From NCBI GenBank assembly GCA_965285935.1, contig OZ260664.1:4650001-4714000 (forward strand): a stretch of 64,000 nt of DNA. The letters are read 5' to 3'. The DNA is from Ophelia neglecta (taxonomy: Eukaryota). How positions within the stretch are numbered: the stretch's first letter is position 1; the number at the start of each line of letters is the position of its first letter. The notes under the pieces are model-generated. The model saw nothing but the letters and a program-made list of their open reading frames with translations. It searched no databases and was not told the DNA's origin. The translations under genes and the position numbers were made by a program. This document shows positions 53,311-64,000 of the stretch, piece after piece.

Positions 53311-54952
53311 TCAATACAAATTTATTTTAGTTCTACCATAACAACTAATGTAGATCACCAATGACAATAGTGGTCAAAAAAGTATCAAGACAAGACGCTT
53401 TCCGGAAGTAAATCATGGCAGTCACATTACAAGTTTTGCCCCTTAAGGCATTGACGTTGTATTATTGATACATGTCTTTGATAAATTGATCTATACCTCC
53501 ATAAATCAGTGATATGTGTCATTGATAACTGGATCTATGGCTCCAACAATCATAGATCTTTCTTGATGGTGAGACAGTTACCGTTTTGCAGGGTGGCTGT
53601 CTTGAAAAACTGCTTGATTGGTTTTGTTCCTATTCCTTGAAGTTTTGTTTTTCTCCCTACGAATATACCAAACGCCCTTTTAGAGTGTTGTCTCTCGGGT
53701 AATGACAAATCATATTCCAACCAAGATGGCTACTTTTCTAGTTCTGATAAATTTATCTTAAGCGAATATCTGCTAAACACATCTCAGTGACCGACACATT
53801 ACATGTCATACCATTATTTTCCTGGTCAATCTCTTCAGCGATTTGATGACAAATCTTAATCCAACGTAGAATTTATACTTAAAAACTGGTCACATATTAT
53901 ATTATGTTACATACCACAAGCACGATGTGCTTATAAACCAAGCCTTTAAGCCTTTCTTTACGCTAAACTGACGATAAAAAAATGTAGGCCAACACAACAT
54001 TGATTAATTCAGCCATATATGCCATTTATGCCAAATCATGATCACACTTAGTTCTACAAATTATTACGTTAAATTCCGAAATTCGCTTAACACAGGCATT
54101 TGTGAAATTATGCATGGCTTGTTTGACAACTATAAAATTTAGACAATGTCAATAGTATTCAAATGTCAATGTCAATTTGTTTCGTTTTTGGCTTCATCAA
54201 TTTACATTTAGAGTGATTATAAAGCTAAGACGTTCAGACATGTAATTATTAGCTAAAAGGCGGGAGTGGTTACATGGCTTTCAATGCAAAATGACTTGTG
54301 AAGAATTATCAAGCAGATTGTTGTTTGCAGCCACTGGCAACATGTGTTAATTAAGGATGGTGGCACGCTTGCATGTTGGAAGATTAGTCTATGGGCCATA
54401 TGTAGTATTTTTCAAGGTTTACGTTTTTTCTAGATCCTCATTATCTTCGGGTTCAGAATCCACTTGTTTGCCCAAATTAAAGTTTAGCGCCTATGCACCA
54501 CAGGCTTTCAACTAAAACAATGCCGAAAGCTTGATGGTCGTGGTGTATTTATACTCTGGAAATTATTAGATCCTGTATAATATAGGTTCATCCCAATATG
54601 GTATATGAATACTATTGCAAAACCTACACACGTGATTGTTTCCAACAAAGGCAATTGAAAGGCTTTACCTGATGAGGCATTCTCTTACAGTATGTGGTAT
54701 ATTGTAAGTTGTAAAGCTTCAGTGTTTCTCTTCAGAGACGGCGGATTCATCCCCTTTGCCTTAACGCCCCGTGTAAGGCTGGATGACTGACGTTAAAGCA
54801 ATGGTGATTATCCTCCGTTCATTACTTGTTTTTATGGTGATTGGAAACTAAGAGACGGTAAAGTTCATTCTTCGCAATAAGTTAGTACTAACTTTATGAC
54901 CCCATTACACTTTGTGTCAGATGACGGTGTTCTGTGTCGTTGTTTTCGTTTT

Positions 54953-55219
54953 CTAACGTTTACTCAGCCAACATATGAGAAGAAATAAGTAGTCACATAA
55001 GTCTATCTGCTCTGAACCCGATGGTTTATGTATTTGAATCGTCCAGGCAATTAGGTCCTGAATTTGTAGTGCACTGTACCAGCAAAAACAATTGGCAAAT
55101 GATTTACGCTTGAAATCTCTATCTATAGAGTAGCATAAGGAATGTGAAGAATCAGAGTTTTGCCTCTCTTTTGTGGAGAATGTTTTAATTGTTCTCTCCT
55201 TTGTTTTGTTTTTCATCAA
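54953..55219 (-). pseudogene. GPCR relic (TM3-TM4)
   Basis: SHSLCYSIDR...DLIAW. Confidence 0.45.
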
Positions 55220-56739
55220 CGTTAAAACAAAAATTCCAAACGGTCTGACTTTTTAGGCGGAGAGCTAGTGACATCGAATTTAGCTGAAATATGCGTCTAG
55301 ACATAGCCTATTTATATTAATTTTTGATATCTTGGGCATGCCGCCAAAGTTTTAAAGTTATAGCAAAAAAAAACATTTTGGATAGAAGGTTTATTCTGAA
55401 CAAGCTAGAAACTCGCGGTTTGGTTCTAAGTTGCCAAAGAACCGAACAAAATACATCAAGGCTTTTTGTGGGTTCTCTGGACATATCTGTGGGTAAAAAT
55501 AGCAAGTCGGGACTAGCTAGTCAGTGCTCGAAGTGTATTTATTTCAAATTTAAAGTAATCCTAACCCAGGACGTGGTGTTCATTGTCCTGATTTGATTGG
55601 TCGTTCGTAGGCGTAAAGGTCGCTAGTCTCGACAAACACTCACACGCATACAAGCTCACACACACCCACATACACAAGTACATTTCTCTAGTTATTCTCC
55701 TATGACGTCGACACGAAACAGGACATCTTGTGTTTCTGTCAAATACTTGAGGTCGATCGAATGTCATAGAAGGCCGGAATGTACTCTCGACGATAAGGGA
55801 TAGAAATGCCTAAGACACGGCCAAACTGGCAATTGGCACCAGTTTAGAAAAACAATTGAACTGGTGTTTTTATGCCTATTTATAAAACCACTGATGTCTA
55901 GACCGAGAGGATTAACTTTCAACTTATTACCTGTTAGAGATTTGAGTTCGCATCAGTCCGCGTCTTACCTTCATACCTGCCCCCAACTTCCCTTACAATC
56001 TAAACAGTAAGGGGTATTAACATGATTAGCTTCGGTCATAGAGACTGCCAGATTTTTAACAACTGTCTCCAAAAAAATACCGGAGGAAGTGTCATCTGCA
56101 GTGTTGAAGGGAAATATTCTGAAGTAGGTAACATTTCGGGTGGATATCAGGCCTAGTGGCTTATATCAAACTGAAGACTGCAGTGATGATAATTAAGATA
56201 AAATTGGTGCTAGCCAAATGGGCTCTATATATCTATTTTTAGTACAAATAGGACGGCTTCATCCTTGACCATTGGCAGCTTCTCATGAAAACAGATTGAA
56301 ACACAGATGTCTGGCTCGAACATTGAACATCCGGGAATGTGGGCGAACGGCTAAAGTATGTATATATTAAGGCGCCTCAGCTGTACCACTTTATAACTCT
56401 TGTCTAATGCCAAAATATAGCAAGTCACAGTCCTATAGATTCAGTGATGATTAAACATATTGACATTAGAACCAGAAGTGTAACAATACAAATGGGACCC
56501 AATCGCATAGCTCATCAGAAGCATTCGATTATAGACAAGCGGCATTAACCTCATCCTGTAAAAACTGAGTTCACCATGCTTTTAAAATTATAAAATGAAA
56601 TGCAAATGTAAAATACGGGATGGATTCACGACATATAGGCACATACTTGGCTTTTAACATGACGTCCTAATATCGCCCATATCACAATTCAAGAAGAGTA
56701 ACAAATGTGCTGTCGGGTACCGAAAATTATCATCTTTAG

Positions 56740-57200
56740 CCACCTCTAGTTAAAAATAGTAGTAATAATATTGAATATTGCAATTCTCTGCTGTTTGATG
56801 TCTCTGCTGCTGTGCTTAAACGGTTTCAGAAAGGTGCAAAGCTTCGCTGCTAGATTGGTTTCCCATACCAGAATACGTGACCAAATCGCACCGGTCCTAA
56901 ATGACTTGCACTGACTTCCAGTGAATCTCCGTCCTGATGCAGAGATACGAACTTCTCTTGCTCTGCAGATACTCAGTCAGATACTACTCGTTGTGCCGAA
57001 AACAAGACTGTCTAGAGTAGATGATCGATTATTAACAGGATATGGTCCCAGACATTGGAATTCCTTAGCGGCTCATGTATGGTCTGCTGAATCTGTGGCT
57101 TTCTTATTCCAAAAAGCAGCTGGAGACCTACCTGTGTAGGCTGGTTTATGAAGACCAATTATGTTTATGCGCGTGTTAATCTGTGATTATTGTAATTCAT
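56740..57200 (+). mobile_element. L2-clade LINE 3' fragment (different family)
   Basis: YCNSLL...LKRFQ...AARLV...RDQIAPVLNDLH*LPV...LLVVPKTRL...DDR...GPRHWNSL...QLETYL matches the classic L2 RT C-terminus (DHITPVL..LHWLPV; GPRLWNSLP; LKTYL). Confidence 0.85.
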
Positions 57201-57798
57201 TCTGATAGTCTCATATTAAGGTAACCGTTATACGAAACATGTGGAGATTTTTTTTTTACAAGGAAACGCTCTATTCCATGGCCGGTGCTAAGGGTGGGGG
57301 TGGGGGGTAAATATGGGGGTAGCAATTGGTTTTTCTTCTTTTTTCGGAGGGGGATATTTCTAGCTATTTATATCGCCTGGCAAATTGTAATAGTGTTAAT
57401 AGTGAGCGCACATTGTTTGGGGACAGGGATTATCCTTAAATAGTTCATACTATTACACCTCCCTCTAAGCAATCTAAGTAGCTCAATCGTTATACTAAAT
57501 GTTAAATCAAGTTTCAACCTAGGCACTATTTCACAGCTGAATTGAATATATGCCCCAACTTTTTGATTGATAATCTTTTATTAATGGACGCCAGTTATGG
57601 CCATTCCGGCTGTAGTTACTGGCCGCCCACTGGAGTGGCAACACATAGTGACACATATAAAACAATTACGAACTATAGAATCTCATATACAGTAGTATAC
57701 CAATAATGAACATTGGTTACATGAGACAACCAGAGTATATATAATTATGTCATCTCATCTGAACCAAATAGTAAAATACAACTTTTATATAGTGGACA

Positions 57799-60700
57799 TT
57801 ATCTTTTGCAAATAAAACATTTAGTAATATGGCATTTGTCAGAATATTGACCTAGTAGGAGATTCTTATAGTCAAATTGTGGAGTTAGTGAATGTTTAAG
57901 TTCATATAAAATTTTGTTAGTTGAACTTAACAACTTGTGCCAGAGACATTGCTTTGCATAATTTGTTCTAGTGTGCTTGCGTTCTATAACTTCAATATTT
58001 CTGGTATGGTAGTATTTTTCAGTAGTGTTCTTGAGATTGGCAGATTTTTTGGTAAATTCAGGACATTTATTGTTCACCACAGAGAAGTATATATTTAAAC
58101 ATGAATGGATAAATAAATCTTCCAATTTGAGTATTTGTAGTGACCTGAAAATGGGGTCTGTATGTGATAAGTATGGAGGTTTTGCTATAATACGAACAGC
58201 TCTTTTCTGAAGAAGAAACGGTCTGTTATATGCTGTTTTATTAGTAAAATTAAACCAAGTAGCAATACCGAAGCTGAGGTGGGGTTGTATGAGAGATGCA
58301 TAGATAGTTTTGAGTGTTTGTGTTGGCAAGGTATATTTTAGTCTTCCCATAATGGCTATTATCTTTGCAATTTTCTTACACTTCTCATCTATGTTTATTG
58401 TCCAATTTAGGTGTTCATTAAAATAGGTACCAAGGAATTTGAAATTTTTTTCCCGTTTAATAGTGCGGCCATTCAATTTTATAACTGAAGTGAGATTAGG
58501 ATGTTTATTCCTTGGGTTCCTGAAGATAACATATTTAGTTTTTTCTGCGTTTAAAGAGAGTTTATTTGAGCACATCCATTGATTAATTCTTTGTAGTTCG
58601 GCATTTAGGTTATTATAAAGTTGTTCCTGATCGGGGGTATGTATTAACAGGCTGGTTTCATCTGCAAATAAAATGGTAAGAGACATGCGTAGGGAATTAT
58701 TTAGATCATTAATATAAAGAAGGAATAATAATGGTCCCAGGATTGATCCTTGGGGTACCCCACAGTTTATAAAGAGAGGCTTGGACGTGTGTTTGTTATA
58801 ATAAACTAACTGAGTCCTTCCAGATAAATAATTGGCAATGAGTTTATGGGCAATTCCCTGGATACCGTAGTTTTGGAGTTTATGCAGAAGTATTGTATGG
58901 TTTAAGCTATCAAAAGCCTTAGTTAGATCAATAAATATGGATCCAACTTCTTCCTTTCTATTAATGTTTTCAGCAATATGATCCAGAAGTTCCAGGGAGG
59001 CGTATTCTGTTGAATGGTATTTCCTAAATCCGTATTGGGAAGCAAAAAGTATTGATTCTTTAGAAATGAAATGAGATAGCCTATTGTAAAGTAACCTCTC
59101 GAAAATTTTGGAGAATGCAGGTAAGATAGCCACAGGCCTGTAGTTACTTACATCTGTTTTATTGCCTTTTTTAAACATAGGTAGTATTTTAGCAACTTTG
59201 GCCTTTTCTGGGAAAATGGATATTTTTAGCATTGTATTAAATATGTCAACTAATGGAGGGGCTATTGAACAGATCGTGTTTTTCATTAGTTTCGGAGATA
59301 TGCCATCTATTCCTGTAGATGTTTTAGGTTTCAAAGTGCTTGCTATCTTTATAATTTCAGATTGGTCTGTCTCTTTTAAAAAGATGCTGTTAACTAAAGC
59401 AGGGTTTAAATAATTAGTGAATAATGGTGCATTTGCTTCTTCCGCTTTACGGGCAATGGTTTCGCCTACATTGGCAAAGTATATGTTAAAATGTTCAGCT
59501 ATATGTTGTGGGTCGGTGATTTTTTCATTTAATTCATCATAAATATATCTTGTACATTGTTTTCACTATGCTGTCCTAGTACAGCTCTGATGTTAGACCA
59601 AGTTTGTTTTATGTCACATTGTGTTTGTTTAAATCTGTGGTCCCAGTAATTTTCTTTTGCAAGACGTATAGTTGTGTCAAGAATTCTTCTATATTTTATA
59701 AAATGTGAATTTAGGATTTTGAAACGTGGCGTATTTTTGCTTTTATTTTTCTTGGTGGCCAGGATATCCCTGGTGTGTATCGAGTGTATGATTCCGTATG
59801 TGATCCATGGCTTATTTTTATGTTTATACTTATTAAATTTTGTATTTATTTCTGGCATTATGGTTTCCATAGTGTTTCTATATGTATATGTAAATGAATT
59901 ATATGCTCCATTTACATCTGCGTTTTTACATAGATTATTCACTTCTTGCCATGAGTTGTTACCAAGAGCAGAATTTAATAGTTCTATATTTTGTTTGTTC
60001 ATTTTACGAAATTTAATTTTCAAGTGTTTGGGACCTTTCTTGGGCTGGACATTATGAAAGAAAAAGAAATTAGGATAATGGTCAGAGATAGATGTTAGTA
60101 TTGTACCAGCTTCATAAGACAGCTTAGGATTAAATTTAAGAAAGATATGATCTATGAGAGTCGCCGATGTAGGGGTAACACGAGTAGGTTTGCTTATGAC
60201 TGGTAAGTAACTATTTGTCATTAAAGTATCAATATATTGCGAAGATGGTGCATGATTTAGAGAGTTCAATAGATCAATGTTCATATCGCCGGTAATTATA
60301 CATTCATATTTACTCGAATTTATTTTAACTAGTGCTTCTTCTAGCTTTGTGGTAAAGTGCAAGATATTTGAAATATTGGGGGATCGATAGATTGTGCCGA
60401 TGATCAAGTTCTTGTGTAAAGAATTTGTACTTACTTCAACAAATAGTGCATCAAACCCGTCCTCCGGTGAAGTTTGAATATTGAGATCTTTTCTAATTTT
60501 ATATTCTATGTCTTGTCTTAAATACATACAAATCCCACCACCAATTTTATTTCCTTGTTTATGTTTAAAAATAACATTATATTCTGGAATTTTAGCTAAC
60601 TGTTCAATGTTTTGGTCTAGCCATGTTTCTTCAAACGTCATTATATCAATATTCCTACTTGTTGCTTCCATCTCATGAATAAGGACTTCTATTTCACTTT

Positions 60701-60878
60701 TTTTACTCAGAAGAGACTGAACATTCAAATTTACGATTAAAAGAGAGTCACGATATTTTATGTCCTTATTTAGTTCTATGAAAGCTGTTCGAGAATAATA
60801 GCTAGAGTCCGAAGTTAGTTCCTATTCATGGCTTTCCAGGTCAGAGGAATTGTGGTTGAAAGCATTAAGTAAGTCTAT
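57799..60878 (-). pseudogene. LINE ORF2 (apurinic endonuclease + reverse transcriptase), disrupted
   Basis: APE motifs (NVQSL, ETWL, GGG, IYRSP, GDMNIDL, TRVT...IDHIF, SDH) and RT motifs (NYRPV, QYGFR, DLTKAFD, GVPQGSILGP, FLG). C-terminal CxxxxCxxC. In-frame TAG at 60822-60824, frameshift at ~59529, catalytic FADD changed to FADE at 58657-58668. Confidence 0.92.
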
Positions 60879-61731
60879 CTAGGTCACTCTCATTTGTTAT
60901 TTTGAATACCGTAGTGTCATCCGCTTTTCTCATAAAAATTGATCCATGTTTTGACCAAGCATACTTGTAATTCAGAATTTTTTTTACTCGTTTGGCTTTT
61001 CCAAGTAGTTTCATTTTCTCTGGACAAAGATGTTCGCTAACATAAAAATGTTCCTCTTCGGAAAATGAGCTATCAATGGATCTACAGCTTAAATTGTTTC
61101 TACGCAATCGAAAGTTGGTCAGCATGGCTTCCTTGGTTTTTCTGTTTACAAATTTTACCACCATCGGCCTTCTCCTATCTTTGTCAGTAGATGCAGGAAG
61201 TGGCGTACGGTGTGCAGCCTCTATGTCGTTTGGTGTGAGGGGGAGACCGATGGTGGCTCCAATTTTCAGAATAATTCCTTCAGAGTTCTCATTGCTTATC
61301 TCTGGAACATTTTGAATTTCTATATTGTTTTTCCTAGACTGCTGTTCAAGTTCCACCACTCTCTCTTGTAGATTGATGTTTATTTTTTCTAGTTGGCTCA
61401 TCTGACTTTCTTGAGTTGACACTGTATTTTTTAGATAGTCTATTTCCTTTTTTTGATTTTCAGTAGTTGTATTTAGAAACTCTAATGACTTCTCGATGTC
61501 ATCCATTTGTTTTTTCATGCCAGATATTTCATCAAGTTTGGACTGCATTTGTGGTATCTGTCCCACCAACATTCTAATTTCTTGTAGAGTATTTTCTGAG
61601 CTCATTGTGTTTTCCTTGTAACGTTTTGATAGTTGTATACTTTCTGGTGAACAGTTGGTAATTTCAGGAGATCTATCTGTCAAAGTTCGTATTGGATTGT
61701 TGCTACAAGGGGTGCCTAGAGAATTTTCCAT
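60865..61731 (-). CDS. LINE ORF1 (coiled coil + L1-ORF1/FP25K-like RRM and C-terminal domain)
   Basis: Intact ORF with heptad coiled coil, then LEQQSRKNNIEIQNVPE, IEAAHR, RPMVVKF, YVSEHL, YKYAWSKHGSIFMRK. First ATG at 61731. Confidence 0.85.
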   Translation of the reverse strand: MENSLGTPCSNNPIRTLTDRSPEITNCSPESIQLSKRYKENTMSSENTLQEIRMLVGQIPQMQSKLDEISGMKKQMDDIEKSLEFLNTTTENQKKEIDYLKNTVSTQESQMSQLEKININLQERVVELEQQSRKNNIEIQNVPEISNENSEGIILKIGATIGLPLTPNDIEAAHRTPLPASTDKDRRRPMVVKFVNRKTKEAMLTNFRLRRNNLSCRSIDSSFSEEEHFYVSEHLCPEKMKLLGKAKRVKKILNYKYAWSKHGSIFMRKADDTTVFKITNESDLDRLT

Positions 61732-62072
61732 AAAGTATTTGGTTGAAGCTTTGGTTGAACACAATACCTGGTATAGCTGATCCTGTTTGTGTGTGACTAT
61801 TGATTGTCAGGTACAAAATGCTAGTGTGCACACAATGTCACAGTTGATAGCTTATACAGTGTCCACTGTCTGTACATAGAAGGCACAATTTTCCTAAAAT
61901 CCTAGCTAATTCCTAAGATTACCTTGAAGAGGAAGGTGTCTCTGTTTTCTCTGGTAACTCATGTAATCTCTCCACAAAAATATATTCCAATATGTTATAG
62001 TTGCTGGCAAGAATTTTCGTTTTTATGTGGGAAGGTAAAATCTGACTGTCAACCATGTGACTCCACTCCAGC

Positions 62073-62420
62073 TGCCCAATTAATAACTTGTAACGTGGTA
62101 TATTAACATACTTATACCAAAATATAAATCAGGTTACCGCCTGTTTTTCACCATAGATGATACACGTGCCAAACTTTCGTTTCACTCGTTCGTTCTGTGA
62201 TGACTCGCATCATGGCAAACTGTCAACTACACTCATTGCGAGTGAAATCAAGTTTGTTTGTTTAATTATTTATTCCGCACCTAGCTTGTTTGCTAGTGGG
62301 GGTCGGGTATTGTTGTTTGTTGGGTTGCAGCTAAAGGTAACTGATGTTTTAGGACTTATTTAAAAGTTCATTCTTGATTGATGATTGTTTTGTCTGCCGG
62401 GTTGTCCGATGCCGCTATTT
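62073..62420 (+). pseudogene. GPCR relic, GYP subfamily (TM3-TM5), interrupted by the LINE
   Basis: CP...FTID(R)Y, IIYSAPSLF, VLLFVGLQLKVTDVLGLI*, SSFLIDD..LSAG.P. Confidence 0.7.
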
Positions 62421-63305
62421 GGCAATAACTTACATTTACACGACACATACAAACGCTGACCCAAATGATTTCCTTTGTCAGGATTTTCTGCAAATATATA
62501 TGTGCGGTCATAGACAATCAACACAAATGTACTTTTGAAGCGTATTTTCATCTTAACCGTGTGACAGCTAGATAATGCGGGGGAAAGTTGTTCATAGTGC
62601 TATTCCCGCTGTTCACCATAAACTCAACCGATACCATCTTCCTGCCACCTCAGACTAATGTAAAAAGAGATGCAATCTTAGTAATAGCACGGAAAACGGC
62701 ATGCTGGAAAGCGCCCATAATGAGGTAATCTTGGCTTCACAAGCTTTGGCTCCACTCATTTTACTTTTTATATTTCTTTCTCTTGTATGTGTCTTTGATC
62801 CATCATCTTTTAACCGTTAATAATTCCCGTTGGCGAGACAGTCATAATGATTGTACAATGTCTTTGTAGGTTGTGGAAATAGCTCCCAGTTATAGTTTTG
62901 TGGTCTGAGCTATAGTTTTTGTTACCGGCAGATCTCACTACTACAGTTTTATGAAAATATAAAACATAATCTTTGACATATCCCATACTATAATTACACC
63001 AAAAAGTTCAAAATCCATGGTTGCAATCACGTGCAATGTATTATGGAGCGGAATATATGCCATAAAGTGTGTAAAAAAAATTCATATGTTCGTCAAAGCC
63101 ATCACTGTGGTTATCTTTGACAGTTCCATTACATTTCAGAAGTTGTATTCCGTGTGATATAATAAGGCTGAAACAGGAAATTAACTATGTCGAAGAAAAC
63201 AGTTAATCATGCCATCCTTTAAAAAAAGGCGGTGAACATAAATGTCAATGACGGAGTTTTGCAAATAATGAAACCAGTGAATGAAATCAGATCAATAAAA
63301 TTATT

Positions 63306-63491
63306 ATGGCTAGAGGAAGCGGATGGCTTTTAGTTCTAGTGTCTGTAATTTTAAGATTCTATATAGTGCTTGACCAAATTCTAAGGTCAGTTGATAAATG
63401 TCATACAATGCATTGCCAAAAAAAAAGAAACAAGGGTCGTATTGTATATATATTAGGTAAACCTAATATGCGTCCTATTGTGGTTTGTTAG
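63306..63491 (+). pseudogene. GPCR relic (TM3)
   Basis: GSGWLLVLVSVILRFYIV = S.WLLV.V..(E)RF..V, as in FMRFamide-receptor-like/srw-type receptors. Confidence 0.6.
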
Positions 63492-64000
63492 TGAAGTATA
63501 TTGCTTTAGCCATTGTTGCAGACAAGTCTATATTCAGATAGTGCTTCCTGTGAATGTCACTGTGGATGAGCATTCCACTTTTCCACTTTGATACGCTCGA
63601 TATATCTGAGGCGGGGGCAGGGCGTAGGGTATGCAATACTAAAGTGGCTAGATGAGCGAGGGATCGATTTTTTCCCTTGTATGGCAAGCTAACACTTTTC
63701 CGTCCATATCTTGCCATAATTATTCCTGCCTGGAGTTCCCTTATCGTTTAACACCATTAACTGAATGTGCTCGAGCAAAGTATTAAGCGGCTACATAGGT
63801 TGTAGCCCCACAGCCACGAATTCATATCATCACCCGGCGTACCATGTGGATTACTGACTCTTTTATCTTGTGCTCTCACAGAATACTGTTAATTTATTTT
63901 CATTGCAAGTGATATCAATTTTATTTTGTTCGTTATTAATCTATTTAAAGTAAAGAAACGGGATTTCTGTCAGATTTATTCAACAATTCTTGATTGAATT

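Larger units (their letters stand above)
57560..62072 (-). mobile_element. Full-length (~4.5 kb) non-LTR retrotransposon, L2/CR1 group (Crack/Daphne-like), inactivated
   Basis: ORF1 followed by APE-RT ORF2. The 3' end has AATAAA then an ATCA-type tail (aataaaagattatcaatcaaaaa). Imperfect target-site duplication TGCCCCAA (57551-57558) / TGCCCAA (62073-62079). Confidence 0.9.

Noticed and set aside
1-64000. tRNA/rRNA/snRNA genes
   Set aside because: No recognisable cloverleaf or rRNA/snRNA sequence by eye; tRNAscan-SE/Infernal were not run.

Overview
AT-rich (~36-37% GC by eye) metazoan genomic DNA, probably from a marine invertebrate. There is one clearly intact host gene: an intronless TRIM-NHL E3 ligase (RING-Bbox-Bbox-coiled coil-NHL) on the minus strand at 36143-38038. 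Mobile and repeated DNA includes a full-length but inactivated L2/CR1-group LINE (~57560-62072), two or three older LINE 3' fragments, a 3.75-kb head-to-tail tandem duplication (21519-29009) and several mini/microsatellites. The main hidden feature is that most of the apparently intergenic DNA, across the whole 64 kb and on both strands, reads as heavily decayed, apparently intronless rhodopsin-class (class A) GPCR pseudogenes, about 30 relics. They are recognisable from scattered TM1-TM7 motifs (GN, NLxxxD, C3.25, D/ERY, PLxY, W..S...P, CWxP, NS/PxxY). A subfamily signature, LMFVGLQMTVPDDFGPI...FLIxDLALSAGYPLLFY, recurs whole or in part at about 15 sites. Probable decayed TRIM/NHL paralogues are also present. 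All pseudogene calls come from by-eye motif reading, so their boundaries are approximate and need HMM/tBLASTn confirmation.
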